A stretch of DNA of 64,000 nucleotides from Podarcis gaigeae (taxonomy: Eukaryota), in the NCBI GenBank assembly GCA_964106915.2, contig OZ066915.1; one strand, written 5' to 3'. The position numbers and the translations under genes were made by a program. The notes below the pieces were generated by a model. That model saw only the letters and a list, made by a program, of their open reading frames with translations. It ran no database searches and had not been told where the DNA came from. Each line of letters begins with the position of its first letter. The first letter of the stretch is position 1. This document shows, in pieces, positions 1 to 11,862 of the stretch.

Positions 1-1761
1 GAAAAAGACGACCAAGGGAGATTGAACCGCCTCTATTGCGAAAATTCTAAGGGGGTGGGATAGAGAAAGGATGACAAGGAACAAAGGAAGACAAGGGAAG
101 GGTCCTATTAGTATCATCATAATCACCATCACCACCATCATCAGATAAATAAATGCACTGGTTTCAGCACCCACGAACACGTGTTTTATTGTAATAATAA
201 TTAGAGCTCTTCTCATTGCAGCGCCAGGCAAAACAATGAACAGGAGGCTGGGCCCCTGTGAAATTCTAGACTTCTACAGGCCTCCAGGACGTGACATGTT
301 ACTAGGAGGGCAGAAATTCACTCCGAGGAATGGCTAAAAACATGGACTATCCCAACCCATTTCTCGAGGCAATTCCACTCGGTGACGATTCCTTGGGCCC
401 CAACCCGTGGAGGAAGGAGCAGAGGAACGGCGCCTGGATTTTCTGGAGAACCGTCTCTGCCTATGATGTCAACGTTCTCTTTGAAGCCGATGTACTCCGA
501 GAACATCTTAGAAATGTGCTTAGAAGTGAATTGCTGGAATTCATGATGGTCAATAGGGGAAAAATAAGTAGAGGAAATAGGATGGTGGAGGCTTCGCCTA
601 TTGTCTCCCATAGCTTTGCGTATGAACACACACACTGACCTGCCATTTTCCACACACAACCCTGTGTGCAGTCAGTCGGTTGCGAGGGGGGATTTACAAA
701 CTTTCAGAGTCTTCTGCTACACCTTGGAGAGAATCCAAAAATCCTGGGACAATTATATTCATTCAGTTCTGCCGTGAAGGAACCATGACCATTAATTTTC
801 TCCAAAATGGAGCGGAGAAGTTTGCAAAGCTTTAGCTTTGTACTGAACATGTTTGAACAACAACAGAAGACGAGTCTTTGAAAAACCAAAGAAAACACAT
901 ATTTATACACACACAAAGCAAGAAAGGGGGGTGTAGAAGAAAGAACGTACAGTACTTGTATAACGTGAGACGGAGAGTTACAATTTCTTGGCTAAATTTG
1001 CATTCCAGGGGGGAATTATATGCAGTTAATGCTAAAATATCCCCGTACGGGGCATTTTGTTTTCCCTTGATGGCTCAAAATCTATGTTCCTTGCCCAGCA
1101 TGTTGATGGAATGAGAGAAATCCCTTCCAACCGTATATTTATTATAGGGCCTTTCGTGGCGAGTGACGGGCAGACCCAACAGATTTCCTTGTTGATGGAA
1201 GGGCTAGAAATGCTAATATAAAGATTACTGTGGGAATCTGCCATAGGGATTCTGCAGCGGTGTGGGGAGCAACTGGTCCGAAAAGCCAAAATTACAGACT
1301 ATTTATGGACAAAGAAAATTCAGTGGTGGAACCACCAATGGGCTGAAATGCGAGGAAGAATAAAGAGATGCCACAAAAGCCACCAGTGGCAGGAAGATGG
1401 AAAGGATATCTATGGTTTGTGTGTGTTTTAAAATGTTTCCTTTGAAATAACAACACACACTACAAATAAATCATTACACCAGATGGGTATGTTGAGGAAG
1501 TTATAAATATATCTGGGCACCCAAGGAGCTACTTTTGGATTTCTGGTCTTCTAGTGTGCTTATGAAATGTTAACTTCCACAGCTTCCTATTGACTTTGTT
1601 GCCTGTGTGAACCCCTTTAACTATCCCTGTGTAGATATTCCGGGGGTGCTATCCCCCCCGCACTGTTTGTATGCCCTAATTCGCATGAAAATATACTTAC
1701 ATGTCCCCGCTGTAGTGAATTAAGATCTACACTTTTTTAAAAAAAGTTTTTACCCACATTA

Positions 1762-1940
1762 GGGATTCAATCTTATGCCCACTTACCTGGGAGTAGGTAC
1801 CACTGAACTTAGTGGGGCTTACTTCTGAGTAGTCCTGCTTAGAATTGCACTGTAATGCTGCAATCCTATACTTGCAGAAGGAGCAAACCTTGCCGACTTC
1901 AATAGGACTTACTTCTGATCAGAGTGTATAGAATTGTGCT
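1762..1940. mobile_element. Two adjacent copies of a ~90-bp palindromic interspersed element
   Basis: Both follow the pattern GCTGCAATCCTAT..CTTACCTGGGAGTAAG.CCCACTGAA..CAGTGGG.CTTACTTCTGAGTA..ATAGGATTGCAGC, which recurs through the window. Confidence 0.6.
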
Positions 1941-2230
1941 ATGACTCTGTTTATAAACAGTATATATTTTAATGGAAACATGTTTATTTCTAATTTTTGT
2001 AGGGGTGAGAAGATATATGAATTTGCATCACCGGGTTCTAGCACTTTACAAATGGAAGGTATTGGATTCATGTCTTAATCAGGTCAGGCTAGTTTCTGGA
2101 CTTTTGACAGAAATGTCATACAGCATGGAAAAAATCCGTCCAGGTGACAAAAGTTCTCTAAAAATAATGTACTGGGGGAAATAAACTTACCGCTCTCATA
2201 GACTTTCTGTCTCCTACAATAGATCATACC

Positions 2231-2275
2231 TATTGTATAATATTGTATAATATTGTATAATATTGTATAATATTG
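2231..2275. repeat. Tandem repeat (TATTGTATAA) x4.5
   Basis: Read directly from the sequence. Confidence 0.95.
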
Positions 2276-2784
2276 ACAATTGTTCCCAAACAATTGATGG
2301 GCTTTGATTTAATTATTTTAAAAATACACCCCTCATTTCCTAAATCAGATCATATACTTTGCAATCAAACTAATAAAGAATTTGGCATTTGCTTCCTCCT
2401 CCTGGTTTCCAATCTGAAATTTATGTTATTGTTCTTATGCAACTTGTTTTCGGCTGAACAGGTTTTTTTCACACATAAAGAGTCGGATCCCAGGCATATA
2501 GATGGGTCTTACTAGCATGTGGGACTGCAATTTTATACATCGTTACCTGGGAGTAAGCTTTCTTGATCAGAGTGAGACTTACTTCACAGTATATGTCGAC
2601 TTCCATACCGAAAATTATTCAGTGCTCTTACTTATATTTTTATCGCATTGTTCTCATAGACTTTTCTGATTATGAAACAGGATGTCGATATGTCTACAAC
2701 ATGCAAGGGGGGAGGCGGTTGGGAGATATACCCCTTATCGGCAATAACAACAGATACCTGATACTAATATAGTCCAGGAAAATG

Positions 2785-2847
<63 letters not shown>
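2785..2847. repeat. (TTTC)n microsatellite
   Basis: Read directly from the sequence. Confidence 0.95.
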
Positions 2848-3515
2848 ATTGGGGCCCTTTTAATATACTGCATCACGGCAAATGTAGTAAACAGATCTGC
2901 TCGGTGTTCTTCCCCCGGAGATAGAAGCCTCCTTATGCATTTTTAAGTTAATTAACCCACTAGAATTGACTCCTGCTATCAATCCACAGCTCCGTATCTT
3001 AGCAAGATCAGCCCGTTTAAATGAGATACCGCTAAGCAATTTATGAAATGAAAAGCAGCTCAAGACAAGGCAGATAAATGAAGGGGACGCCAGGCCGTGG
3101 GATAAACCTGCTGTTTAAGAAATGCAAACCCACCCCCCACTTCCTTTAAAACACACACACACACACATTGCATTTCTTACAAAAGGCTGGATGGATTCAT
3201 TCCTCCGGCCTTATTTATTTTGCAATTTCCACCGAAGTTTAAAGCCAGTGTTAATTTCCCGAAGCATGAAATGTGCAAATTTTCTCGAGTTTTCGTCTTT
3301 GCTGTTTTTTCCCGTTTTCCCTGTCGCAAATGTGCCACAATAAACGGAATTGTAAAAACCCCAATTTTAATTAAACCTATATGTCATTGAAATAGGAATT
3401 GTAAATGGCCTTGCATTCATTCAATAAATAAATAAATAAATAAATAAATAAATACCGGACATCTTTTGCTTATTTACTACTACTACTATTCTCCTCCTTA
3501 CTCAGGAAGCACACC

Positions 3516-3531
3516 TAAATAAATAAATAAA

Positions 3532-3585
<54 letters not shown>
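3516..3585. repeat. Compound (AAAT)n(AAGC)n microsatellite
   Basis: Read directly from the sequence. Confidence 0.95.
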
Positions 3586-3586
<1 letters not shown>

Positions 3587-3889
3587 CCTAGAAATGAGGT
3601 TTTTGTTCTGCACGAATTCAAAACCAAGCACAACCCGGTAGTGTCCCTTATTATGGTTACCATCAATCCGTTCATTTCCAGATTGTGTCTCCTCTGCTGT
3701 AAGGCAACCTCGGAACGCTCACTCTCCTCCGATAGGAAGAGTCTTCCTCGCTGCTGCAAGCACAGAACTGGGTCCTTTGTTACCGGAGCCACTCTCTCAC
3801 CCCACCGCCATCACCCACATTAGAAGTCCAGCTTTTCATGCATGTATTCCCACCCTTTCTGGGCTGATATTCTCAATTGCCCATATACC

Positions 3890-3891
<2 letters not shown>

Positions 3892-3932
<41 letters not shown>
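3892..3932. repeat. (TA)n microsatellite abutting the Penelope-like insertion
   Basis: Read directly from the sequence. Confidence 0.95.
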
Positions 3933-3935
<3 letters not shown>

Positions 3936-3941
3936 ATAAGT

Positions 3942-4330
3942 CTTTCGTAGATTTTCACGGGTACAGGAATGCAGGTTTTGGTGTCCTCGGGTGTCTTCCC
4001 GTGTAAAAGTTGGGGTGTCTAGGCGACGTTTCGACGAGGTCTCACTCGTCATCTTCAAAGATGACGATGACGAGTGAGACCTCGTCGAAACGTCGCCTAG
4101 ACACCCCAACTTTTACACGGGAAGACACCCGAGGACACCAAAACCTGCATTCCTGTACCCGTGAAAATCTACGAAAGCAAATATCTTACCTCTACGGGGA
4201 GGAAACCTTCCAGCTGACAAGAACCTACGAGAAACTAGAAGTGAAGATGACGAGTGAGACCTCGTCGAAACGTCGCCTAGACACCCCAACTTTTACACGG
4301 GAAGACACCCGAGGACACCAAAACCTGCAT
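3942..4330 (+). mobile_element. Penelope-like retroelement remnant: inverted plus tandem pLTR copies with hammerhead-like core and ORF 5' fragment
   Basis: Three copies of one unit: 3942-4057 inverted, 4058-4241 direct, 4242-4330 direct. The unit contains TGAAGA-T-GACGAG-tgagac-CTCGTC-GAAACGTC. The middle copy continues into RENLRKQISYLYGEETFQLTRTYEKLEVK, which resembles Penelope/Poseidon ORF N-termini. Flanked by direct repeat ATACCTATAAGTC (3930-3942 and 4329-4341). Confidence 0.8.
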
Positions 4331-7124
4331 ACCTATAAGTCATATATATACACAAACTATATTTTAATGAGGTATATCTTCTGAAGAACCGGTCACTAGG
4401 ATGAGAACCACTCTGGACACCAACTCTTGCAACCAACTCCAGGAACTTGAAGTTTCTTGCTTTAAAATGTGATTTCATCCAGGGTTCCCTAACCTTATTT
4501 TGCCTCCAACTATTTAAAGTGACCCCCTTCTCTCCCAACTCCCCGTTTCTAGCAATGGCCATTCCTTTGGATTCGAGGGCTTCCCAGGCACATAGGCACT
4601 ATATGTGAAGTTCATTCTTTTCTGTCTAGACACTAATTGCGAGCCAGTTTGTCTCTTTTGCCTTGACCTTGGACTTCGGACTGATTTGGTTGCTGTGGCC
4701 GAAGGACTTCGGGCAACGGTTGCTTCAAAAGCATGGAGTCCATTTGAGAAGGCAGAACGTTTCCAGGAGAAAACCAAACGTTTGCTAAAGACTTCATTTC
4801 TGAAAGCCATTTTCTAGACAGGGTTCTTTGTTGGGAGTTTTGGCGGAATTGTCTTAGTTTCCACTTGGACCATGGCAGTTTGATGACGGGAAGATCTAAG
4901 GAGTTTGGAGGCAGCAAATGCTGGTGCAAATAGAGACATTGCCATTTGAGGATTAAAAATAATAATGTATTTATTTGGGGAAAATTCATACTGAGAACTC
5001 CAAACGTGATAGGCATGTTCCCAAACAATGGGCAAATGATGATGATGATTCTAACTGGTGAATTGATGTTTATTTAACACATACATTATACTACATGCAT
5101 TGATGCTCTTATGTTTTAGAGCAAGTGGACTTTCACCTGCCTTTATAATCACATATAAAGTTGTTTGTATTGAAGTTCTCAACTGAAAAGAACAACTTAG
5201 GGTAGGTAGAGTTGGGTGAGAGTTCCATAAGATTTTTGGCTTATCTTGACCACTACTGAGGCTTGGACTGCAACGGGATTTCATTGACTTCACTTGAACT
5301 GAAGCTTACCGACCCTTCTTTGAAAGTACATATTGCTTGAAAGTATTGAACTCGGTAAGACTTCTTTTTCCGCGTAAGCACGCACAGCACTGGCCTGTAA
5401 GCTGTGTGCGGGACGGAAGTCTGAACTATTAATTCTTTGCTCTAGCTTCATTATCCTCATGTCTGGATGTACTGATTTGTCAAACTTATATTTTGTAATG
5501 TGGGGATAGGGGGGGAGTGGAAGGAGCCTGTCCTCCTGATGATCTCCAGTTAAATTTCACATTATTTCAAAAGCATCGATCAGAATCTAATCAGGAACGG
5601 CCAGTGAGGGGATTCTGAATGTTGGGGACATGAGTCCCCGAGAAAGGTAGGTGGGTGTGTGTGGGTGTGTGTGTGTGTGTGTGTATCGCAGCCATCAATC
5701 TCTGGCAGAGTAGTCTGCTATTCTTCTATTTCATCTATTTAATTATAACCCATCCATCTCCGATCCTGTTTACGTTGTATGATGTGAGTTGCATTTATTT
5801 TCTTTCACACACACAAATCAACACTGAGAACATTATATATATATCTCACACACACTTTCAATAGTAGGCATTGTTGCTGCGATATTTACTACTCAAGTAT
5901 TAAAAATTAATAACATAATATCATAATCACAACCAGTCCCTTTAAAACATCCCCAGTTGGTTGAGCACGAAAGATTAAGCATTATTGGGTTGGACTCATA
6001 CAAGGAACAGACCCCATAAAACGTCGAAACGTTTGGGAGGCATCTATTATATTCTTGCGAGGTGGCGGGCGGTTTTCTTTCTTCCTCTTTTATGCCCCAA
6101 AAGCAGCAGAATACTGATCATCAACAAAAAAGAAATAGAGAAATAACCCTCAAAGAAACAAAGGAGGAGTTAAAGATGTCATATATGTCCCTTCTGTGGG
6201 AAATTGTATTTTTAATAATTAGAATAAAAGCTAAAGCGATTATAATGAGCAGGTATGCGTTGATCTTTTGTTAAGCAAACAAGGAGTTAAAATTTCACAT
6301 ACCTTCTTCTGTGAAAAATAAGGTACTGTACTTTGGAAGAAAAACATACACACAATTCTTTTGAGCAAATGTATCCGCTGATTTATTTATTTATTTATTT
6401 ATTTAGCAAACAGATATTAATCTCCCCATTCACTCTTGAGACTGAAACAGACTGAGAGAAAATCAATTTCCTGGGCGATAAATGTCCAGATTCCTTACTT
6501 CCCGTAAGATCCAATATTTGATTCCCAGAAAGAGAAGATGCAGGGAGGGGGGAGGACGGAGAAGAAAGCCAGACAGACAGCAAGCGGATTTTAAGAATTA
6601 AAAAAAAAAAGCGCCCCCAGTCCCCACAGCTCCAGCTCACTTGCTCTAGTCCGTCATTTGGTCTTCTAGAATTTGAGCTTCTCTCATTTGTTGTGCGCCT
6701 CTTCAGATAGTCACTATTTTTTCTTTATCAGATAAACTGGCTGCTACCTGCCACCTCGCTTTATATCATATCCCTTGGTATTACAATTTCTAGGTTTTCC
6801 TCACCTTTCAGCCTCCCAGCTACCCTTCCCCTCTGCGGTTCATTGATATATAAGACACCAGGCTCCTGGTCAATTCTATATAGCGAGAGGGCTTTATATA
6901 TATATATAAATAATTGATTTTCTGAAGTATATTATTCCTATCATTAGTTTGATATTTAATCCTGAGGATATCTGAAGGCACAAAGATTCTAGCATGGCAT
7001 AGCCCAATCTCTTTGTGTCGGCCAAATTTTAAACACCCACATTCCCCTTATTTATTTCCCCACGCTCTTTACAATCAATGGGTGTCTCCCTTTGCCTTTA
7101 AGGATTTCTGTTTCTGTCGCGGAG

Positions 7125-7375
7125 GGATAGCCAATGGGAGCTCGCCGCTCTCTTCCCCAAGCCAAGAGGAACAATGTGATAGGGCTGCCGGAGGGTCACA
7201 TGGCCGAGCTAACTGCAGCGAGAGCTATTTACAGGTCACGTGGCCCGGCGGATTTCTTAATGAACCGAACCCATCCCGCTGCCTCTGCGCATGCTCCTGC
7301 GTAAACAATATGTTGGGGAAATTAGGTGTCTCTCTTTGGGAAGTCGAGTTTTAAAAAGCTCGGGCAGACCATGAT
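7125..7375 (+). promoter_or_regulatory. HOXC13 proximal promoter / 5' leader
   Basis: CCAAT box (GCCAATG, ~7130), GGTCACATGG and GGTCACGTGG E-boxes (CACGTG 7237-7242), CpG-rich, directly upstream of the ATG. Confidence 0.6.
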
Positions 7376-8039
7376 ATGACGACTTCACTGATCTTGCATC
7401 CACGCTGGGCGGATACCTTCATGTACGTGTATGAGGAGAACCCGAATGAAAATAACCAGAATAAAATCCCAGCAATGGAAGGGCTAAGTGGGAACTGCCC
7501 AGCTACCCACTGCAGGGATTTAATCAGTCACCCGGTATTGGGTCGTCATTCCAGCACCATTGGGACTCACCAGGGTTCTGTCTACACGGATATACCTGCT
7601 CCAGATGCCGCCAGGCAGTGCCCCGCGCCACCAGCCTCCTCCAACGCCACCTTGGGCTATGGTTATCCTTTTGGAGGCAGCTACTACGGATGCCGATTGT
7701 CCCATTCCCACAACGTGAACTTACAACAGAAGCCTTGTTCGTACCACCCAGCTGAAAAATACCCCGAGCCCAGCGGCTCCCTCCCCAGCGAAGAACTATC
7801 CTCAAGGGCCAAAGAGTTTGCTTTTTACCCGAGCTTTGCCAGCTCCTACCAGGCGGTTCCTGGTTATTTGGACGTATCAGTGGTTCCAGGTATCAGTGGC
7901 CACCCAGAACCAAGACACGACGCGCTGCTTCCCATGGAAGGATACCAACACTGGGCTCTTTCTAATGGTTGGGACGGGCAGGTCTATTGCTCGAAGGAGC
8001 AATCACAGTCTACCCATCTCTGGAAATCACCTTTCCCAG
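7376..8039 (+). CDS. HOXC13: Homeobox protein Hox-C13, coding exon 1
   Basis: Translation MTTSLILHPRW...CRDLISHPVLGR...YGYPFGGSYYGCRL...SSRAKEFAFYPSFASSYQ...HLWKSPFP matches the vertebrate HOXC13 N-terminus. Phase-1 donor CCAG|GTAGGG at 8039/8040. Confidence 0.97.
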
Positions 8040-10748
8040 GTAGGGTGCTCTTGAGATCGACTTCTGCGCTTTTTTGCTCCGGCATGATCGCGTGCATATG
8101 CTATAATCTTTAACCGCCCAGGTAAAATAGGCTTTGGGACGCTTGCATGGGCACGTATGGGGAAGAAGGTGAAACAAAGCAGCCGGTTCTCATATCTAGA
8201 TACATACCTTGGAGCTCCAGGGTGCTTTCGCAGCCAGTTTGGCAACCGCACTCCTGTGTCTGTCTGTGTATGTGCGTGCGTGCCCCTCCTTCCCTCGCTG
8301 CGTTGGCTCCCTTACCTGGATCTCTATCTTTTTCTTTGATTTCCCCCCCCCCCGCGCTTTGAATATTTTAAATTAAATTTCAGAACATAGGAAGAGGTAG
8401 CATCTCTCTCCCTCTCCCCCCCTCTCTTTCTCTTTACTCAGAAAGGCTGGGCTTTTCGGAAAGGTACAGTAAATCATATTGCAATTACAGAAGTAGCTGT
8501 CAAGTGACATGAATCTTACAAATGAACCTTGTAAGACGAGTGGGGAGAGAACGAGAAATAAGGCGCTGCTTTTGCCTCTGGTTAGAAATCTGGAATGAGT
8601 GACAGCCTGCGAGTAACCCTGAAAGCTGCGAGTGCTCCGGGCTTATCTTATTGCCTTACCACTTAGAACAGGGAGGGAGGGAGCGAGAGGGAGAGGGAGA
8701 AAGATGAAAGACCAGCGGACGTCTCCTTTGCTCTTGGGGTCCCCACCCTGTAATCAATAAGCAGGCCCCTCTTAATGATTCGAATGGATGGATTGGAGCG
8801 AAGAGATTAAGATAAAGTAACCGGGGAAATAAATAAATAAGGGGGTGGGGTTAGGAGGAGAACACACACACACATTTATCTTAGGAATACTGGAGAGGGG
8901 ATACCCCATCGGATAAGACAGGGCTTGCCAACAATGCCTGCGCAGAGCGTTGCATGATGGGTTTTCCCTTTCCATGGGAAGAGGAATCAGAGTGTAGCGA
9001 GTGTGGGAGAGAAGGCCTATCTAGATCTTAACTGTGTTGCAGCCACATATTGGTGTCAGAGCTTGGAAGGGTCGATGGCAGGGGGAAAGTCCCCACCCCG
9101 CGCTTTTTTTTTTTTTAAAGAAGGCATTGAGACTTTTTTGCGGAAGCTGAAGGGGGGGTTGGCGAGTGGGGGAGAGAGGTCCATGGGATTCCTAGCATGA
9201 GATGACTTTCCCCATCTCGATTGCTTTCACCCGCCTGGCTAAAATGTAGTTGAGGTTGGAAGGACCTGCTCCGTGAGTTACTATTGCTCGGGAGGAAGGT
9301 GGAAGACGTTGTAAATGAACTTCTCTTCTCTTCCCACACCCCCCCCCAACCCGCCCCATTACCTTATTTATTCTGATCCCATTTTTGTATAGCCCTGAAA
9401 ATATTCTTAAGCCGCCATACACCAATTCCCAAACATTGAGAGGTCCGTGAGAGACAGCGCGCTCGCAGTAGTGTGAACCACAATTTTGTTTTGCTTTCCT
9501 ATCCTTGGGCCTTGATAGGATTCCCAGTAAACGTTGCTTATATAGACACTTCTTAGAAACAAAGGAAGAACAATCAAAAGCAGTTCAGGCTGTTTCTTTA
9601 TTTTATATCTGTTATGGAACAGACCGGCTGGGGTAACTGGAGAGATTTTCGCTTTGCTTCGATAGGGATCCCCTCTTTTTTCAGTGTTTATATTATTATT
9701 CCGCAAACCACTCTTACTTCGTATCGAGTCCTAAGCCTGCATCTTTAGATCAAGAAGCCATGGGAAGGGAAAGACTTGGTGCGCAAGTGATTACAGTTAA
9801 TCATGAAGAACTGGCATAGACAGCCTTAGCATAAGGGGCTATTAAGGAGAAGACTGAATGCATTAAGGGTGATGGGAATTCATTGATTCCCCGGCCGGTT
9901 CTGGACCAGGAGTAGGTAGGTAACATTTCTCCACAGCTTGGGTACCGTCAAAAAAGCCGCTGGGCCCTTTTATTTTATTTAATGCCTCTACCATAAGCGA
10001 CAAAGGATGTGGAAAGGCTAGTTCAAGGTCCCTCAAGCTTGCAGATGGTCCTTGTGTTGCATAGATCAATCAGTGCGGAGCATCTCTAGAACAACACAGA
10101 CGCGCGCACTCACACGCACACACGGCTGCTTACCCTCACCAAGTCCCCTACCCGGATCCTACAAGCTAGCATAATTAATGAGGTCGCCTAGGCTATCAGA
10201 GGACCTGTCTTTTAAAACGACAGGTTAAAATTGACCGGATGCTTAGAAGGGGAGTGAAGAGCTGAAGGTTAGATTCTGTCTCCAATTTTTACTAATTTGG
10301 GAGCTAACGTTAAGGGTGCTGTGCTTGCGAAATGCCTGGTCCGTGACTTGGTCTCCTTCTTTATATCTGTCCTGGACAAATATCGCCTGGAATAGTAGCA
10401 GTCCCCCCCCCCCCGACCCTATGCTAATATATTAATACTTTGCTCAGCCAGCCAGCCAGCCCATCCGAGTCCCAGCACCTCCCGCTCTTTCTTTCCTTCG
10501 GTCTTTCCTCTTCACATTTCCCCCTCTTCCTCTAATTTATATCCTTTTCCCCACACGCATACAAACTCCTTTTCCTTATTTTTCTCTCTGTTCTCTCCAT
10601 AATGTCTGGCACAGACATTGTTCAGTTAGTTTACCAGATGCTGTTTAATGTAACATACACCCTCTCTCTCTCTCTCTTTCTCTCTCTCTCCTTCCACGGT
10701 CTCTCTCTCCTGCTTTTCCCCCCTTTCCTGTTCTCCTCATCTTTACAG

Positions 10749-11005
10749 ATGTGGTACCTCTCCAGCCCGAAGTGAGCAGCTACCGTAGGGGTCGAAAGAA
10801 AAGAGTCCCCTACACGAAAATCCAGCTGAAAGAATTAGAAAAGGAATACGCCGCCAGCAAGTTCATTACCAAAGAGAAGCGAAGAAGGATTTCCGCGACC
10901 ACTAATCTTTCCGAGCGCCAGGTCACTATCTGGTTTCAGAATCGCAGGGTGAAAGAGAAAAAAGTCGTTAGCAAATCTAAGACACCTCACCTTCACGCTA
11001 CCTGA
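10749..11005 (+). CDS. HOXC13: Homeobox protein Hox-C13, coding exon 2 (homeodomain)
   Basis: A long pyrimidine tract and TTTACAG|AT acceptor join in frame (G+AT=Asp) to [75 protein letters not shown] ends at 11005; spliced CDS is 921 nt. Confidence 0.98.
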
Positions 11006-11742
11006 CAAAGAAATCTCTCCGGAGGGGGAAAAAGATAAAATTTAAAAGGAAAGGGGGAGAGAAACAAACAAACAAATACAAATATTTATCTGGTAAATTT
11101 GTATAAATAAGAACACGCATTCGAACTCTTTGAATAATCTGATTATTTAAAAACACCAAGGCGGAGGGGGCGGGCATTAAACCGCCATCTTCGGTTTATT
11201 TTGTCCCTGCATTGCCGTCTCGAACTGTGAATCCGGTCGCCCTTTTTAAACATTCATTTTGATATGGTTTTCAATGTGCACATTTAACAAGGAGGGGGGT
11301 GGAGAAAGAGGGGAGGGGAGAACACACACATACAAATATGTAGATTTGCTACGTTGGAATCCTGAATGTTATTTTGTAGCTCTGTATCATAGTCCAAGCC
11401 TTGCAGCTGAACAAAGATTTTCCATTTCTTTGGCTGTTTCTGTCTCTGATGGTGTAAAAATAATAATAATTATAATTAAATAGATAAATATATATATATA
11501 GAAATAGATATATATATATCTGTGAAGAAGGTATTGACAGCGGATCCAGCGAAGAAATCCTAGATTTCTTTTGTTTGTTTGTTTTTAAACGTGGACCTTA
11601 AAAAAATGAATGAAAAATAATAATAAGGCTGCTACCCTAAATGTTTTGTTGTTGCTGTGTTCCTGATATTAGACCGTATTGCACGCCAACAATTTGAAGT
11701 CACTTCTGAATTTGAAGTGGCACCGTGGCTGTGTAATTCCTA

Positions 11743-11862
11743 GGGCACGATCCAGCCGAATATAGCCACTTCCAGATCGGCTTGATTTTCATAGCGGGGG
11801 CAGGGAATCAAGTTTGGGTATAAATGGGATTTCCAAGTCTTAATACTGGAGGATCGTGTCTC
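11743..11862. mobile_element. ~120-bp MITE-like element with GGCACGATCC terminal inverted repeats
   Basis: Left end (TA)GGGCACGATCCAGCC, right end GGATCGTGTCTC(TA). A second copy with the same ends lies at 41941-42053. Confidence 0.55.

Noticed and set aside
330-638. 102-aa ATG-initiated ORF (MAKNMDYPNPF...) with protein-like composition
   Set aside because: No recognisable domain or splice partner. The length is attainable by chance, and it would need BLAST or RNA-seq support.
3873-4384. Two ORFs on opposite strands with near-identical translations (MGCLGDVSTRSH...)
   Set aside because: Artefact of the inverted repeat. Only the short RENLRKQISYLYGEE segment resembles a real (Penelope-like) protein.
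4514-5035. Cluster of overlapping minus-strand ORFs up to 131 aa
   Set aside because: No recognisable homology or gene structure.
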